A program made the translations under genes and the position numbers. From an uncultured Methylomirabilota bacterium (lineage in GTDB: Bacteria > Methylomirabilota > Methylomirabilia > Methylomirabilales > 2-02-FULL-66-22): a stretch of DNA of 64,000 nucleotides. Location of the stretch: contig OY970067.1 in the NCBI GenBank assembly GCA_963705305.1, forward strand, positions 3,904,001 to 3,968,000, written 5' to 3'. Under the pieces are notes generated by a model. It saw nothing but the letters and a program-made list of their open reading frames with translations. It did not search any database and was not told the origin of the DNA. This document shows positions 1 to 11,384 of this stretch, one piece after another (the first letter of the stretch is position 1; each line of letters begins with the position of its first letter).

Positions 1-1632
1 GACCTGGCCGATGCCCGGGAGCACGTGGAGCGGGTGACCCTGTCCGAGGAGGAGCGGTTCGGCCACACCCTCCGGGTGGGATTGCGCCTGGTGGACGGGA
101 TGCTGGCCGACCAGAAGGCCAAGGGCTCGCATGAGGTCCCGGGCGGGGAGGTGTTCCGCCTGTACGACACCTACGGGTTCCCCGTGGACCTGCTGCGGGA
201 TATCGCGGGGGATCATGGGCTGACGCTGGACGAGGCCGGGTTCGAGCAGGCGATGGCGGATCAGCGCGCGCGCGCTCGGGAGTCCTGGGTGGGCTCGGGC
301 GAGGCGGAAATCCCGGCCAGCCTGAAAGAGCTCACGCAGCGCGTCCGGGTGGAGCCCCGCTGGTATCAGGAGACCCAGAGCCGGGCAACGGTCCTGTCCA
401 TCCTGGCGGGGAAGACGCACCATCCGGCGGAGGGCTTGGAAGAAGGGCAGCACGGCCAGGTGCTGCTGGACCGGACTCCGTTTTATCCCGAGGCCGGAGG
501 CCAGGTAGGGGATATCGGGACCCTGACCGCGGACGGGACCCTGGTTGAAGTCCTGGACACGCAGCGACCGGCTCCGACCCTGGTCCTCCACGAAGTCCGG
601 GTGAAGCGGGGACGGCTGCGGGTCGGGCAGACCGTGGAGGCCGTGGTGGATGCCGTCCGCCGGCGGATCGTTTCCAAGAACCACACGGCCACGCACCTGC
701 TCCACGCGGCGCTCCAACAGATCCTCGGGGACCATGTCAAGCAGGCGGGGTCGCTGGTGGCGCCCGATCGCCTGCGATTCGACTTCACCCACTTCAGCCC
801 GCTGACCCCGCAGGAGGTGGACCGGATCGAAGAGCTGGTGAACCAGCAGGTCTGGGCCAATCGCCCGCTCGAGATCGAGGTCATGGACCTGGATGCGGCC
901 ATCGCTCGAGGCGCCATGGCCCTCTTTGGAGAAAAGTACGGCGAGCGGGTCCGGGTGGTGGCCGTTCCGGGGTTCAGCCAGGAGCTGTGCGGGGGGATTC
1001 ATGTGGGGGCCACGGGAGAGATCGGTCTCTTCAAAGTGGTGGGACAGGGGGGCGTGGCGGCCGGCGTCCGCCGGATCGAGGCCGTCACGGGCCCGGGGGC
1101 CTTCCAGTTCGTCAAGCGGGAAGAGCAGATCCTGAACGATGCGGCGGCCCGCCTGAAGGCCCGGCCGCTGGAGCTGGGCGAGAAGGTGGAGCACCTGAGC
1201 GAGACGACGCGCGAGCTGGAGCGGGAGGTCCAACGGCTGCAGGGGCGCCTGGCCGCCGGCACGCTGGAGGATCTGCTGCGGGGTGTCCGGGATGTGGACG
1301 GGATCCGGGTGGTAGGGGGTCCGGTGGACGGGCTGGATGCCAAGGGGATGCGGGAGCTCGGCGACCGGCTGCGGGATCGCGTGCAGAGCGGGGTGGTGGT
1401 TCTGGCCAGCCGGGCCGAGGGCCGGGTGGTGTGGGTGACGATGGTGACCAAGGATCTGGTCCCGCGGCTGCATGCGGGCACCCTGGCGCGCGAGCTGGCC
1501 AAGATTACCGGAGGTGGCGGGGGCGGCCGCGCCGAGGTGGCCGAGGCGGGCGGCAAGGATCCGGGGCGCATTCCGGAGGCGCTGGAGAAGCTTCCCGGCC
1601 TGGTCCGCGCCCAGCTTCGGGCGGCGGACTAG
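1..1632 (+). CDS. alaS: alanyl-tRNA synthetase, C-terminal part (5' end outside window)
   Basis: FRLYDTYGFP, TPFYPEAGGQVGD, editing motifs NHTATHLLH and ELCGGIH, C-terminal GGGGGGR DHHA1 domain; frame is open from the window start. Confidence 0.97.
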   Translation, partial: DLADAREHVERVTLSEEERFGHTLRVGLRLVDGMLADQKAKGSHEVPGGEVFRLYDTYGFPVDLLRDIAGDHGLTLDEAGFEQAMADQRARARESWVGSGEAEIPASLKELTQRVRVEPRWYQETQSRATVLSILAGKTHHPAEGLEEGQHGQVLLDRTPFYPEAGGQVGDIGTLTADGTLVEVLDTQRPAPTLVLHEVRVKRGRLRVGQTVEAVVDAVRRRIVSKNHTATHLLHAALQQILGDHVKQAGSLVAPDRLRFDFTHFSPLTPQEVDRIEELVNQQVWANRPLEIEVMDLDAAIARGAMALFGEKYGERVRVVAVPGFSQELCGGIHVGATGEIGLFKVVGQGGVAAGVRRIEAVTGPGAFQFVKREEQILNDAAARLKARPLELGEKVEHLSETTRELEREVQRLQGRLAAGTLEDLLRGVRDVDGIRVVGGPVDGLDAKGMRELGDRLRDRVQSGVVVLASRAEGRVVWVTMVTKDLVPRLHAGTLARELAKITGGGGGGRAEVAEAGGKDPGRIPEALEKLPGLVRAQLRAAD

Positions 1633-1694
1633 CTTGCGTTGGCGAGGGGCCGCTTCTCGTTTTTGTTGAAGGTAACGGCCCTTAAGTGGTATAA

Positions 1695-2357
1695 ATGAAG
1701 GATTGGACGCACTCAGCCAGATTCCGGGTGCCCGTCGAGCGGGATGGACTGCGATTTATCCTCCCGGCATTGGCCCTCAGCGGGCTGCTGTTCGGCCTGC
1801 GCTTTCCGGGCACGGCGACGGTTGTCCTGCTCCTGGCCGCCTTCGTGGTCTATTTCTTCCGCGATCCGGAGCGGGCGATCCCGCAAGGCGAGCGGCTGAT
1901 CCTGTCCCCCGCCGACGGGAAGATCCTGGCGGTCAAACCGTTTCCGGACTGGAAGGGGCCCTTCGGCGAGTCGCTGATCCGCATCAGCATCTTCATGTCG
2001 GTGCTGGATGTGCATGTGAACCGGGCTCCCTTGACGGCGGTGGTGAACGCCGTTACCCACGCGCCGGGCCGGTTTCGGGCCGCGTGGGGGGAAGGCGCGT
2101 CGGCGGATAACGAGCAGACGCTGACCCATTTCGCCTCGCCGGACGGGGATGTTTGGGTCAAGCAGATTGCCGGGCTGATCGCCCGGCGGATTGTCTGCCG
2201 GCTCCGACCCGGAGACAAGGTCGTCGCGGGGGAGCGGATCGGCCTGATACGGTTCGGGTCGCGGGTGGACGTCATCCTGCCCGCCACCGCAGAGTTGAAA
2301 GTGCGCCGGGGGCAGACGGTCAAGGGCGGAAGCACCGTGCTGGGGGTGATCGCATGA
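1695..2357 (+). CDS. psd: phosphatidylserine decarboxylase (short type)
   Basis: YFFRDPER, SPADG, HVNRAP, autocleavage motif IRFGSRVD; start uncertain. Confidence 0.93.
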   Translation: MKDWTHSARFRVPVERDGLRFILPALALSGLLFGLRFPGTATVVLLLAAFVVYFFRDPERAIPQGERLILSPADGKILAVKPFPDWKGPFGESLIRISIFMSVLDVHVNRAPLTAVVNAVTHAPGRFRAAWGEGASADNEQTLTHFASPDGDVWVKQIAGLIARRIVCRLRPGDKVVAGERIGLIRFGSRVDVILPATAELKVRRGQTVKGGSTVLGVIA

Positions 2358-3154
2358 GGGGCAGCCGGGGGACCATGCGGCGGCGGATGCGGCGGGGAGT
2401 CTATCTCCTTCCCAGCATCTTGACGCTGGGGAACCTGTTCTGCGGCTTCTACGCGCTGGTGGCCGTCTACAATGACGAGTACCTGGCGGCGGCCATCGCC
2501 ATCCTGCTGGCGCTGGTCTTCGACTATTTGGATGGGGGAGTGGCCCGTATGACCGGCGCCACCAGCGATCTGGGCATCGAGCTGGACTCGCTGGCGGACG
2601 TGGTATCCTTCGGGGTGGCCCCCGGCATGCTGGCGTACGTCTTCGCCCTGAAGCCCTTCGGCTGGATGGGCGGACTGGCGGCGTTTGCCTTCGCAGCCTG
2701 CGGGGCCTTCCGCCTGGCGCGTTTCAACGTGCAGACCCGCAGCCTGGACAAGCGGTACTTCGTCGGCCTCCCCATTCCCGCTGCGGCGGGGGTGGTGGCG
2801 GCCTTCGTGCTGTTCATGAAGGAGTCCTCGGCGGTTGTCGTCTTTGGACGGGAGCTGCTCCCGCCGCAAGCGACGGCCGCCGGAGTCTTGCTGGCGATGT
2901 ACGGCCTGGGATTCCTCATGGTGAGCCGGATTCGCTTCCGCAGCATGAAGGGATTGGAGCTGCGCCGGCGCCGGCCCTTCACGGTCCTGACCAGCCTGCT
3001 ACTGGTCCTGTTGATCGTGGCTTCGAATCCCAGTCTTTTCCTGTTCGTCTTCTTCTTGGGGTATGCGCTGTCGGGGATTGTCCGCACGCTGCCGGCATGG
3101 CAGCGGCGTCACCCCGTAGAAACGGCCGAACATCCCGCGCCGGACACCCACTAG
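2354..3154 (+). CDS. pssA: CDP-diacylglycerol--serine O-phosphatidyltransferase
   Basis: CDP-alcohol phosphotransferase motif DYLDGGVAR..G.ELDSLADVVSFG, RLARFN, FVGLPIP; ATGA overlap with psd. Confidence 0.95.
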   Translation: MRGSRGTMRRRMRRGVYLLPSILTLGNLFCGFYALVAVYNDEYLAAAIAILLALVFDYLDGGVARMTGATSDLGIELDSLADVVSFGVAPGMLAYVFALKPFGWMGGLAAFAFAACGAFRLARFNVQTRSLDKRYFVGLPIPAAAGVVAAFVLFMKESSAVVVFGRELLPPQATAAGVLLAMYGLGFLMVSRIRFRSMKGLELRRRRPFTVLTSLLLVLLIVASNPSLFLFVFFLGYALSGIVRTLPAWQRRHPVETAEHPAPDTH

Positions 3155-3184
3155 GACAGTCCGAGCGGTTGAGGGGGCAACGTC

Positions 3185-4729
3185 ATGGCTGATCGGATTA
3201 TCATCTTCGACACCACGCTCCGGGACGGCGAGCAGTCGCCCGGGTGCAGCATGAATACCAAGGAAAAGATCGAGATGGCCAGACAGCTGGCGCGCCTCGG
3301 GGTCGATGTCCTGGAGGCAGGATTCCCTATCGCGTCGGACGACGATTTTGAGGCGGTCAAGGCCGTCGCCCAGCAGCTCAAGGACGGCCCCATCATTGCC
3401 GGCCTGGCTCGGGCCAAGGATCTGGATATCGATCGGGCCTGGGAGGCGCTGAAGCACGCCGAGCGGCCGCGCATCCACACGTTCATCGCCACGTCCGAGA
3501 TCCACATCAAGTACAAGCTGAAGTCCACCCCGGCCGAAGTGCTGGAGGCCACTGTGGCGGCGGTCAAGCGCGCCAAAAACTACACGGATGACGTGGAATT
3601 TTCGCCCGAGGACGCCCACCGGACCGACCAGGAGTTTCTGTGTCGCGTCGTGGAGGCGGCCATCCAGGCGGGAGCGACCACCATCAACATTCCGGACACG
3701 GTGGGCTATGGCCTCCCCTGGGAGTTCGGCGATCGCATCCGCAACCTGATGAATCGGGTGCCTGGCATCGATCGGGTGGTGATGAGCGTCCACTGCCACA
3801 ACGACCTGGGGCTGGGCGTGGCCAATTCGCTGGAGGCCGTCCGGGCGGGGGCCCGGCAGGTCGAGTGCACCATCAACGGGATCGGTGAGCGGGCCGGCAA
3901 CGCCTCGCTGGAAGAGATCGTGATGGCCATCCGGACCCGCAAGGATTTTCTGCATTTCGACACCAACATCCGCGCCGAGGAGATCTACCGCACCTCCAAG
4001 CTGCTGCAGTCCATCACCGGGGTGAGCGTCCAGCCCAACAAGGCCATCGTGGGGGCGAACGCCTTCGCCCACGAGGCCGGCATCCACCAGCACGGGGTGC
4101 TGCAGACCCCCATGACCTACGAGATCATGACGCCGGAATCGGTCGGGGTCCCCAGAAGCCGTCTGATCCTGGGGAAGCACTCTGGGCGCCACGCCTTCAA
4201 GAAGCGCCTGGAGGAGCTGGGGGTCGGGCTGGAGGAAGCGGAGCTGAACGCAGCCTTCGTCCGTTTCAAGGCGCTGTGTGACCGCAAGAAAGAGATCTTC
4301 GATGAGGACCTCCTGGCCCTGGTAGAGGACGAGCGTCTGGCCAACAGCCAGACCTACACGCTCGATCACCTGCAGTTCACGAGCGGGATGAACCTGGTTC
4401 CCACGGCCACGGTGAGACTCCGGATGCAGGACGAGATCTACCAGGAGTCGGGCTGGGGAGATGGCCCGGTCGACGCGGCCTACAAGGCCATCGACGCCAT
4501 TACCAAGATCCCGGGGACGCTGCTCGAGTATCAGCTGCGGGCCATCACCGGCGGGAAGGATGCGCTGGGCGAGGTGACGGTGACGGTGGAGATGGATGGT
4601 CAGCGGGTGGTGGGTCGGGGAAACTCCACCGATGTGATCGAGGCCAGCGTGCGCGCGTACCTGAATGCGATCAACAAGGTCGTGTCCCGCCCGGCGGGCG
4701 CGCCCAAGACGATCACCGAGACAATCTGA
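3185..4729 (+). CDS. leuA: 2-isopropylmalate synthase
   Basis: [32 protein letters not shown]-terminal regulatory domain with GDGPVDA. Confidence 0.97.
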   Translation: MADRIIIFDTTLRDGEQSPGCSMNTKEKIEMARQLARLGVDVLEAGFPIASDDDFEAVKAVAQQLKDGPIIAGLARAKDLDIDRAWEALKHAERPRIHTFIATSEIHIKYKLKSTPAEVLEATVAAVKRAKNYTDDVEFSPEDAHRTDQEFLCRVVEAAIQAGATTINIPDTVGYGLPWEFGDRIRNLMNRVPGIDRVVMSVHCHNDLGLGVANSLEAVRAGARQVECTINGIGERAGNASLEEIVMAIRTRKDFLHFDTNIRAEEIYRTSKLLQSITGVSVQPNKAIVGANAFAHEAGIHQHGVLQTPMTYEIMTPESVGVPRSRLILGKHSGRHAFKKRLEELGVGLEEAELNAAFVRFKALCDRKKEIFDEDLLALVEDERLANSQTYTLDHLQFTSGMNLVPTATVRLRMQDEIYQESGWGDGPVDAAYKAIDAITKIPGTLLEYQLRAITGGKDALGEVTVTVEMDGQRVVGRGNSTDVIEASVRAYLNAINKVVSRPAGAPKTITETI

Positions 4730-4752
4730 TCCGAGCCGGCATCACAGGGACG

Positions 4753-4784
4753 CCGAGGGGGAGACCTGGCGGTCTCCCCCTCGG
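4753..4784 (+). terminator. strong hairpin between leuA and asd
   Basis: CCGAGGGGGAGACC-tggc-GGTCTCCCCCTCGG, perfect 14-bp stem, no clear U-tract. Confidence 0.5.
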
Positions 4785-4845
4785 TATGTCGGGGGCCGTT
4801 CCGGTGGAGCGGGTTCCCCGGCGGGTGCAAAGGAGAGGCATAATC

Positions 4846-5868
4846 ATGCGGAAGGACGGGTACGCGGTGGCGGTGGCAGGGGCGACAGGGGCGGTGGGTG
4901 AGGTGATGCTGCGCGTCCTGGAGGAGCGCAAGTTCCCGGTGGCGCGGATCAAGCCGTTGGCCTCCGAGCGCTCGGTGGGGAAGGAACTGCGCTTCAACGG
5001 GGACACGGTTGCGGTCGAGCAGCTGACCGCGGAGGCGTTCCGGGGTGTGGATATCGCCCTGTTCTCGGCCGGTGCCAGCCGCAGCAAGGAGTTTGCCCCG
5101 GCGGCATGGAACGCCGGCGCCGTGGTGGTGGATAACAGCTCGGCCTTCCGGATGGACCCCGATGTGCCGCTGGTCGTTCCAGAGATCAACGCCCACGCCA
5201 TCGGGCAATACATCCGGCGGGGGATCATCGCCAATCCAAACTGTACGACCATTGTGACCCTGATGGCGCTGGCACCCCTGCACCGGTACAGCCGCATCAA
5301 GCGCGTAGTGGCTTCGAGCTACCAGGCAGTCTCGGGAGCGGGCGCCAAGGCGCTGGAAGAGCTGAAGCTCCAGGTGAAGGCCTGGGCCGCGGGGCAGCCG
5401 CTGAAAGTCGAGGTCTTCCCCTACCAGATCGCCTTCAACGTCCTCCCCCACATCGACGCATTCCTGGAGAACGGCTACACCAAGGAGGAGATGAAGCTGG
5501 TCAACGAGACCCGCAAGATCCTGGAGGACGATCGGATCCTGGTCTCGCCGACCACGGTCCGCGTGCCGGTCTTCACGGCGCATTCGGTCTCGGTGCACGT
5601 GGAAACCGAGGTGAAGATCACGGTCGAGAAGGCCCGCGCCCTGTTTGCCGGCTTCCCGGGCCTGAAGCTGCAGGATGATCCAGCTGATCGGCAGTACCCC
5701 ATGCCGCTCTTTGCGGCGGGCCAGGATGACTGTTTCGTGGGCCGGATCCGCGAGGACCTGGCCGTCTCCAATGGGTTGAACTTTTGGGTGGTGGGCGACC
5801 AGCTGCGCAAGGGTGCCGCGCTGAATGCGGTCCAGATCGCGGAACGGTTGATCGAGCAGTATCTCTGA
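4846..5868 (+). CDS. asd: aspartate-semialdehyde dehydrogenase
   Basis: GATGAVG, DNSSAFR, ANPNCTT, QAVSGAG, LRKGAALNAVQIAE; RBS AGGAG upstream of ATG 4846. Confidence 0.97.
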   Translation: MRKDGYAVAVAGATGAVGEVMLRVLEERKFPVARIKPLASERSVGKELRFNGDTVAVEQLTAEAFRGVDIALFSAGASRSKEFAPAAWNAGAVVVDNSSAFRMDPDVPLVVPEINAHAIGQYIRRGIIANPNCTTIVTLMALAPLHRYSRIKRVVASSYQAVSGAGAKALEELKLQVKAWAAGQPLKVEVFPYQIAFNVLPHIDAFLENGYTKEEMKLVNETRKILEDDRILVSPTTVRVPVFTAHSVSVHVETEVKITVEKARALFAGFPGLKLQDDPADRQYPMPLFAAGQDDCFVGRIREDLAVSNGLNFWVVGDQLRKGAALNAVQIAERLIEQYL

Positions 5869-5909
5869 GGTGCCGTCGGCTGCCTTCCCGGGCAGGATGC
5901 CGTCTTCTC

Positions 5910-6644
5910 ATGCGCCGACTCAAGCTGGTCCTGGAATACGACGGGACGGCGTATCACGGGTGGCAGGTGCAGCCCGGCCTGCCGACCATCCAGGGGATGC
6001 TGCAGGATGTCCTCGGCCGGCTGGCCGGTGTGTTCGTGCCGGTGACGGGGGCGGGCCGCACGGATGCGGGGGTGCACGCGCAGGCGCAGGTGGCCAGTTG
6101 CTCACTGGACGTCGCGTTGGACGGTCCGACGATCGGGCGTGCCCTCAATGCCGGCTTGCCCCGCGACATCGTGGTCCGGGAGGTGGAGGAGGCCGCAGCC
6201 GATTTCGATGCCCGCCGCTCGGCCCGCGCCAAGACCTATCGGTACACGCTGCTCCAACGCGCCTATCCTTCGGCCCTTCTCGGGCGGTACAGTCTGTACG
6301 TGCCATACCCTCTCGATATGGCGGCTATGTCCGAGGCCGCAGCCTGTGTGGTGGGCACCCACGATTTTTCGGCCTTCCGGGCGGGGACTTGCCGGGCGGC
6401 CTCGCCCGTCCGGACGATCCATGCCGCCCAGTGGAGACGCGAGGTGGACTGTTGGCATTTCGAGATCAGCGGCAACGCGTTTCTGCAACATATGGTCCGC
6501 ATCATCGTGGGAACGCTCTTGGAGGTGGGACGGGGGAAGCGGCCGCCATCCTGGGTGGCGGAGGTCCTCGCCGACCGCGACCGTCGCCGGGCGGGGAAGA
6601 CGGTTCAGCCGCACGGCTTGTGCCTGGTGGAGGTGCAGTACTGA
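5910..6644 (+). CDS. truA: tRNA pseudouridine(38-40) synthase
   Basis: YDGTAYHGWQ, GRTDAGVHA, GTHDFSAF, FLQHMVR. Confidence 0.96.
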   Translation: MRRLKLVLEYDGTAYHGWQVQPGLPTIQGMLQDVLGRLAGVFVPVTGAGRTDAGVHAQAQVASCSLDVALDGPTIGRALNAGLPRDIVVREVEEAAADFDARRSARAKTYRYTLLQRAYPSALLGRYSLYVPYPLDMAAMSEAAACVVGTHDFSAFRAGTCRAASPVRTIHAAQWRREVDCWHFEISGNAFLQHMVRIIVGTLLEVGRGKRPPSWVAEVLADRDRRRAGKTVQPHGLCLVEVQY

Positions 6645-6713
6645 CCCGGCTCGCAGCTGGGCTGCGGACCGGCACGGGCGGCCTCGGCCGCATCCGAGAG
6701 GGAGGCGCACGCG

Positions 6714-7592
6714 ATGTCCGGTATCCTCATTGTCGACGACGAGCCAGCGAATCTTGACCTCTTGGAGTGCATTCTGCAGTCGGCCGGTCACGTGGTCCGA
6801 ACCGCCTCCGGAGGGATTCCCGCCCTCCAGATGGCCAGGGAGATGGTGCCGGACCTGGTCCTGTTGGATGTCATGATGCCGGGAATGAGCGGTTTTGAAG
6901 TCTGCGCAAGACTGCGAAATGACTTGCTGACCGCGCGGGCGCCCATCGTCTTCGTCACGGCCATGGGGGAGTTCGGCCAGCAGGAGCAGGCAGCAGCCTG
7001 CGGGGCCGACGATTTTCTATTCAAGCCGGTTCAGGCGGCGGAAGTCCTGTCCAAGGTGGAGGCCAGCCTGGCGCTGAGGGCTCTTCGCGGGGAGATGAAT
7101 CAGCTCCTCGGCAGGCTCCACGCGCTGGAGTTGGAGCGGCACGCGCATCGCTGCCGAGCCTTAGCGCGTGTGGGAGCGGATCGAGGGCCGGCGCGGCCCG
7201 CGGACGGCGCCACCGAGTCCGCGGTGGTGCTGCTGGCTGCCGAAGGGGCGGAGCGCGACTTCTATGCCGCGCTCCTGCGGACGCGCGGGATCCGGGTGGT
7301 GGAGGCGTCGGGCGGCGCCGAGGGGTTGGCCTTGGCGAGCCAAGGCACGGCGATGGTCATCATGGATCTCTGGCCGGAGCCGCAGGCCGCTCTGGCCGCC
7401 CTCCTCCAGCTCCGGCGGCAGTCGCGGGAGCTTCCCGTCGTAGTCTTGGTTCCCTCGCCCGACGCGCCGGAGGCGATTGCGGCACTGGAAGCGGGGGCCG
7501 ACGATTGTTTCGCAAAGGGCTTGCACCACGATCGGTTGCTGGTCGCGGTCCGTCGGGCGCTCCGGCGTCCCGTCCCGCCCCGTCCCAACTAG
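6714..7592 (+). CDS. response regulator with two receiver domains and no output domain
   Basis: [20 protein letters not shown], followed by a second degenerate REC domain (VIMDL..GADD). Confidence 0.85.
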   Translation: MSGILIVDDEPANLDLLECILQSAGHVVRTASGGIPALQMAREMVPDLVLLDVMMPGMSGFEVCARLRNDLLTARAPIVFVTAMGEFGQQEQAAACGADDFLFKPVQAAEVLSKVEASLALRALRGEMNQLLGRLHALELERHAHRCRALARVGADRGPARPADGATESAVVLLAAEGAERDFYAALLRTRGIRVVEASGGAEGLALASQGTAMVIMDLWPEPQAALAALLQLRRQSRELPVVVLVPSPDAPEAIAALEAGADDCFAKGLHHDRLLVAVRRALRRPVPPRPN

Positions 7593-7681
7593 CCAACGCA
7601 GCCCGATCCCATCGACGCCCCGGCCTTGCCAAGGCGGGATGCGCGTGCTACATAAGGTCGAATTGCAACCGGAGGGTATCC

Positions 7682-10303
7682 ATGCCACGGGGGTATGACT
7701 TCGCCAGCATCGAATCGAAATGGCAAGGCGTCTGGGAAAGAGACCGCGCCTTCGCCGTGCCTGAGGATCCGGAGCGGCCGAAATACTACTGCCTGGAGAT
7801 GTACCCCTATCCTTCGGGCAAGATCCATATGGGCCATGTGCGCAATTACTCCATCGGGGACGTGGTGGCCCGCTATCTGTCGATGCGAGGCTACAATGTG
7901 CTCCATCCAATGGGATGGGATGCGTTCGGGTTCCCGGCGGAGAATGCCGCCTTCGAGCACGGCGTGCACCCGGCCCGCTGGACCTTGGACAACATCGCCT
8001 ACATGAAATCCCAGCTCCGACGCATGGGCTTCTCCTATGACTGGGAGCGTGAGGTCACGTGCTGTCTTCCGGAGTACTATCGCTGGAACCAGTGGTTCTT
8101 CCTGAAGCTCCTGGAGCGCGGGCTGGCCTACCGGCGGCGCGCTCCGGTGAACTGGTGCGAACGTTGCCAGTCGGTGCTGAGCAACGAGCAGGCGGAAGGC
8201 GGCGTCTGCTGGCGGCACACCGACACCCCGGTGGTGCAGCGGGAGCTGGAGCAGTGGTTCCTGAAGATCACCGCCTACGTGGAAGAGCTGCTGGCGGATC
8301 TCGAGGCGTTGACGGGCTGGCCCGAGCGCGTCCGGGTCATGCAGCGGAACTGGATCGGCAAGAGCGTCGGGGCGGAGGTGGATTTCGGCCTGGAGCGGGG
8401 CGGGGCCATTCGCGTGTTTACCACCCGCCCGGATACGCTGTACGGCGCCACCTTCATGGTGCTCGCCCCCGAGCATCCCCTGGCCTCCCAGCTGGCAGCC
8501 GGCACGCCCGAAGAGGCGGCGGTGGCCGCTTTCGTGCAGCGCATGCGGCGCGCCGACAAGGCGGTGCGGCTGGATGTGACCACCGAGAAGGAGGGGGTAT
8601 TCACCGGGGCGTACGCGGTCAATCCCATGACGCGCGAGCGCATCCCCATCTGGCTGGCGAACTTCGTGCTCCTGGAGTATGGCACCGGAGCCATCATGGC
8701 GGTGCCAGCCCATGACCAGCGGGACTTCGACTTCGCCACCAAGTACCACCTGCCCATTCGGATCGTCGTGCAGCCGCCGGAAGGGACCGCCCCCCAGGGG
8801 CGGTTGGAGGCGGCCTTCGAGGGCGAGGGCGCCCTGGTGGCCTCGGGCCGTTTCAGCGGCCTGCCCAGCGCGGAGGGCAAGGCAGCCATCTGCGATTTCC
8901 TGGAGGCGCAGGGCCTCGGCACGCGGGCGGTCAACTACCGGATCCGCGACTGGCTGATCTCCCGGCAGCGCTACTGGGGGACCCCCATCCCCGTCATCTA
9001 CTGCGAGGCCTGCGGCGTCGTGCCCGTGCCGGAGCGCGACTTGCCGGTGATCCTGCCCCCGGACGTGGCCATCACCATGGCCGGCGGCTCGCCCCTCGAG
9101 CGGGTGGAAGGCTTCGTGCGCACCACCTGCCCGACCTGCGGCCGGCCGGCGCGGCGCGAGACGGACACCATGGACACGTTCGTCGACTCCGCGTGGTACT
9201 TCCTTCGATTCACCAGTCCGCACGAGGCGTCGCGCCCCATCGATGCCGACAAGGCACGCTACTGGATGCCGGTGGATCAGTACATCGGCGGCATCGAGCA
9301 CGCGGTGCTCCATCTCCTGTACGCGCGATTTTTCACCAAGGTCTGCCGCGATCTCGGGCTCATCGGCGTGGGCGAGCCGTTCGCCAACCTGTTGACGCAG
9401 GGGATGGTCTGCAAGGAGACCTACCGCTGCCCCGAGCACGGATACCGCCTGCCGGGGGAGGTGGACGCGGAGGGGCGTTGCCGGGCTTGCCGGCGCCCGG
9501 TGGAGGTCGGTCGGACGGAAAAGATGTCCAAGTCCAAGCGGAACGTCGTGGATCCCGACGACCTCCTGGAGCAGTACGGAGCGGACACCATCCGGCTGTT
9601 CTCCCTGTTCGCCGCCCCGCCGGAAAAAGATCTGGAATGGTCGGACGAAGGGGTCCAGGGATCATTCCGCTTTCTCAACCGGGTCTGGCGACTGGTCGAG
9701 GAGTGGGCCCCCGCCGTTCGTATGAGCCCGGGCGTCGTCTGGACGACGGACAGCCGCAGCCAGCCGGTGCGGGGCCTGCGGCGGATCACCCACCAGACCA
9801 TCGCCCGGGTCACACGCGACCTGGAGGACGCATTCCACTTCAACACCGCACTGGCGGCGCTGATGGAGCTCCAGAACGCCTTGGTCCGCTTTCAGGAGCA
9901 GTTCCCGTCGCCGTCCGGCGATCCTGGAACCGTCCCGCCGGGATCGGGAGACCGGCTGCTGGCCTTTGCCGAGGGGCTCACGACCCTCGTCGTGCTGCTG
10001 GCCCCCTTCGCGCCGCACCTGGCGGAGGAGCTGTGGGAGATGCTGGGGCACCGCCAGAGCGTCTTCCGGCAGTCATGGCCCCGGGCGGATCAGGATCTGG
10101 CGCAAGACGAGAGCGTGGAGGTGGTGCTGCAGGTCAATGGCAAGGTCCGCTCCCGGCTCCAGGTCCCGCAGGGGGCGGGTGAGGATGGGCTGCGGACCCT
10201 GGCCCTGCAAGATGCGCGGGTGGTGCAATGGATCGAGGGGAAAAGCGTACGCAAGGTGATCGTGGTGCCGGACAAGCTGGTCAACATCGTCGTCGGATCA
10301 TGA
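7682..10303 (+). CDS. leuS: leucyl-tRNA synthetase
   Basis: [17 protein letters not shown] editing motif, [28 protein letters not shown]. Confidence 0.98.
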   Translation: MPRGYDFASIESKWQGVWERDRAFAVPEDPERPKYYCLEMYPYPSGKIHMGHVRNYSIGDVVARYLSMRGYNVLHPMGWDAFGFPAENAAFEHGVHPARWTLDNIAYMKSQLRRMGFSYDWEREVTCCLPEYYRWNQWFFLKLLERGLAYRRRAPVNWCERCQSVLSNEQAEGGVCWRHTDTPVVQRELEQWFLKITAYVEELLADLEALTGWPERVRVMQRNWIGKSVGAEVDFGLERGGAIRVFTTRPDTLYGATFMVLAPEHPLASQLAAGTPEEAAVAAFVQRMRRADKAVRLDVTTEKEGVFTGAYAVNPMTRERIPIWLANFVLLEYGTGAIMAVPAHDQRDFDFATKYHLPIRIVVQPPEGTAPQGRLEAAFEGEGALVASGRFSGLPSAEGKAAICDFLEAQGLGTRAVNYRIRDWLISRQRYWGTPIPVIYCEACGVVPVPERDLPVILPPDVAITMAGGSPLERVEGFVRTTCPTCGRPARRETDTMDTFVDSAWYFLRFTSPHEASRPIDADKARYWMPVDQYIGGIEHAVLHLLYARFFTKVCRDLGLIGVGEPFANLLTQGMVCKETYRCPEHGYRLPGEVDAEGRCRACRRPVEVGRTEKMSKSKRNVVDPDDLLEQYGADTIRLFSLFAAPPEKDLEWSDEGVQGSFRFLNRVWRLVEEWAPAVRMSPGVVWTTDSRSQPVRGLRRITHQTIARVTRDLEDAFHFNTALAALMELQNALVRFQEQFPSPSGDPGTVPPGSGDRLLAFAEGLTTLVVLLAPFAPHLAEELWEMLGHRQSVFRQSWPRADQDLAQDESVEVVLQVNGKVRSRLQVPQGAGEDGLRTLALQDARVVQWIEGKSVRKVIVVPDKLVNIVVGS

Positions 10304-10845
10304 GGTCGAGCGTGATCGGCGGCCCGCGCCTGTCGCGTCGCTCGGCGCTGCGCGTCCTCGGTCTCCTGGGCTGCGGCGGCTGGCTGGCGGGCTGCGGCTA
10401 CCGGCTGCAGGGAGCGGGCGGGTCTCCCGCCATTCGCCTCCTGCACGTGGGCGCGTTTTCCAATGGGACCTTCAAGGCGGGCCTCGACGGGGCCGCGGGG
10501 GCCGCGGTGCTGCGCGCGCTCCGGTTGGATGGGCGCGTCCGTCTGGTGGAGGAGCCGGCCGCCGAGGCGGTTCTGACGGGTCGGGTGACGGCCTATGAGA
10601 ACGATGCTATCACCTTCGACCCATCGGATATCGGGCGACGGTTTCGGGTCCGCGTCACCATGCTGGTGACCGTCACCGACCGGCGCAGCCCTGCGGAGGG
10701 GTTCAAGGAGCAGATTTCGGCGGAGGCGTTCTATACGACCGGCGCGGATGTGGTGCAGACGCGGGCGGCCGAAGACGACGCCGCGGCCCGGGCAGTGCAG
10801 GAGTTGGCGACGCGCGTTCTGGCTCGGCTGACGGAGGACTTCTGA
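10300..10845 (+). CDS. lptE: LptE-family lipoprotein
   Basis: lipobox LAGC followed by GYRL; conserved position downstream of leuS; ATGA overlap. Confidence 0.8.
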   Translation: MRSSVIGGPRLSRRSALRVLGLLGCGGWLAGCGYRLQGAGGSPAIRLLHVGAFSNGTFKAGLDGAAGAAVLRALRLDGRVRLVEEPAAEAVLTGRVTAYENDAITFDPSDIGRRFRVRVTMLVTVTDRRSPAEGFKEQISAEAFYTTGADVVQTRAAEDDAAARAVQELATRVLARLTEDF

Positions 10846-10956
10846 CGGGCGGGATGATCCTGCGGCCACGCCAGTGGCCGCGGAGCGAGAGGCGGTCCGC
10901 CGGCCTGGGGGGCGATGCCCGGGCCTCCGATCGGCCCGGCATCGCCGGGGATCGAC

Positions 10957-11235
10957 TTACGAGGACGCGGACGTGGTCAGCTGATTCAGCCGCCGCATCA
11001 GGCGCGACTTGTGCCGGGCGGCGGCATTTTTGTGGAGAATACGCTTGCTCACGGCGCGATCCAGGATGGGCGTGGCCTCTCCCAGCGCCTGCGCTGCCGC
11101 TTCCGCCTGCGCTCCCTCCAGGGCGGTGCGGACGCGCTTGAGACTGGAGCGCAGCTTACCCTTGGAGGCACGATTGCGCTCCGTACGCCGGGCGGTGCGT
11201 CGCAGGTCCTTGATCGACGATTTGATGATCGGCAT
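10957..11235 (-). CDS. rpsT: 30S ribosomal protein S20
   Basis: MPIIKSS.K..R....RN, ILHKNAAARHKSRL. Confidence 0.96.
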   Translation of the reverse strand: MPIIKSSIKDLRRTARRTERNRASKGKLRSSLKRVRTALEGAQAEAAAQALGEATPILDRAVSKRILHKNAAARHKSRLMRRLNQLTTSASS

Positions 11236-11300
11236 GCAGTCTGCTCCTTTCTCGAAAACTCGCGCTCCGGCCCATCTGCGGGCGGGGCGGAAACCCTCTT

Positions 11301-11329
11301 CTTGTAGAGGAGTGGATGGGGGATGTCAA
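11301..11329 (-). promoter_or_regulatory. sigma70-type promoter for rpsT
   Basis: TTGACA-17nt-TACAAG on the minus strand. Confidence 0.55.
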
Positions 11330-11384
11330 GGAAATTCTTGGACCTTCCGGTCGAAAGCGGCCTCTCAAGCCTGACGGGAAACGT

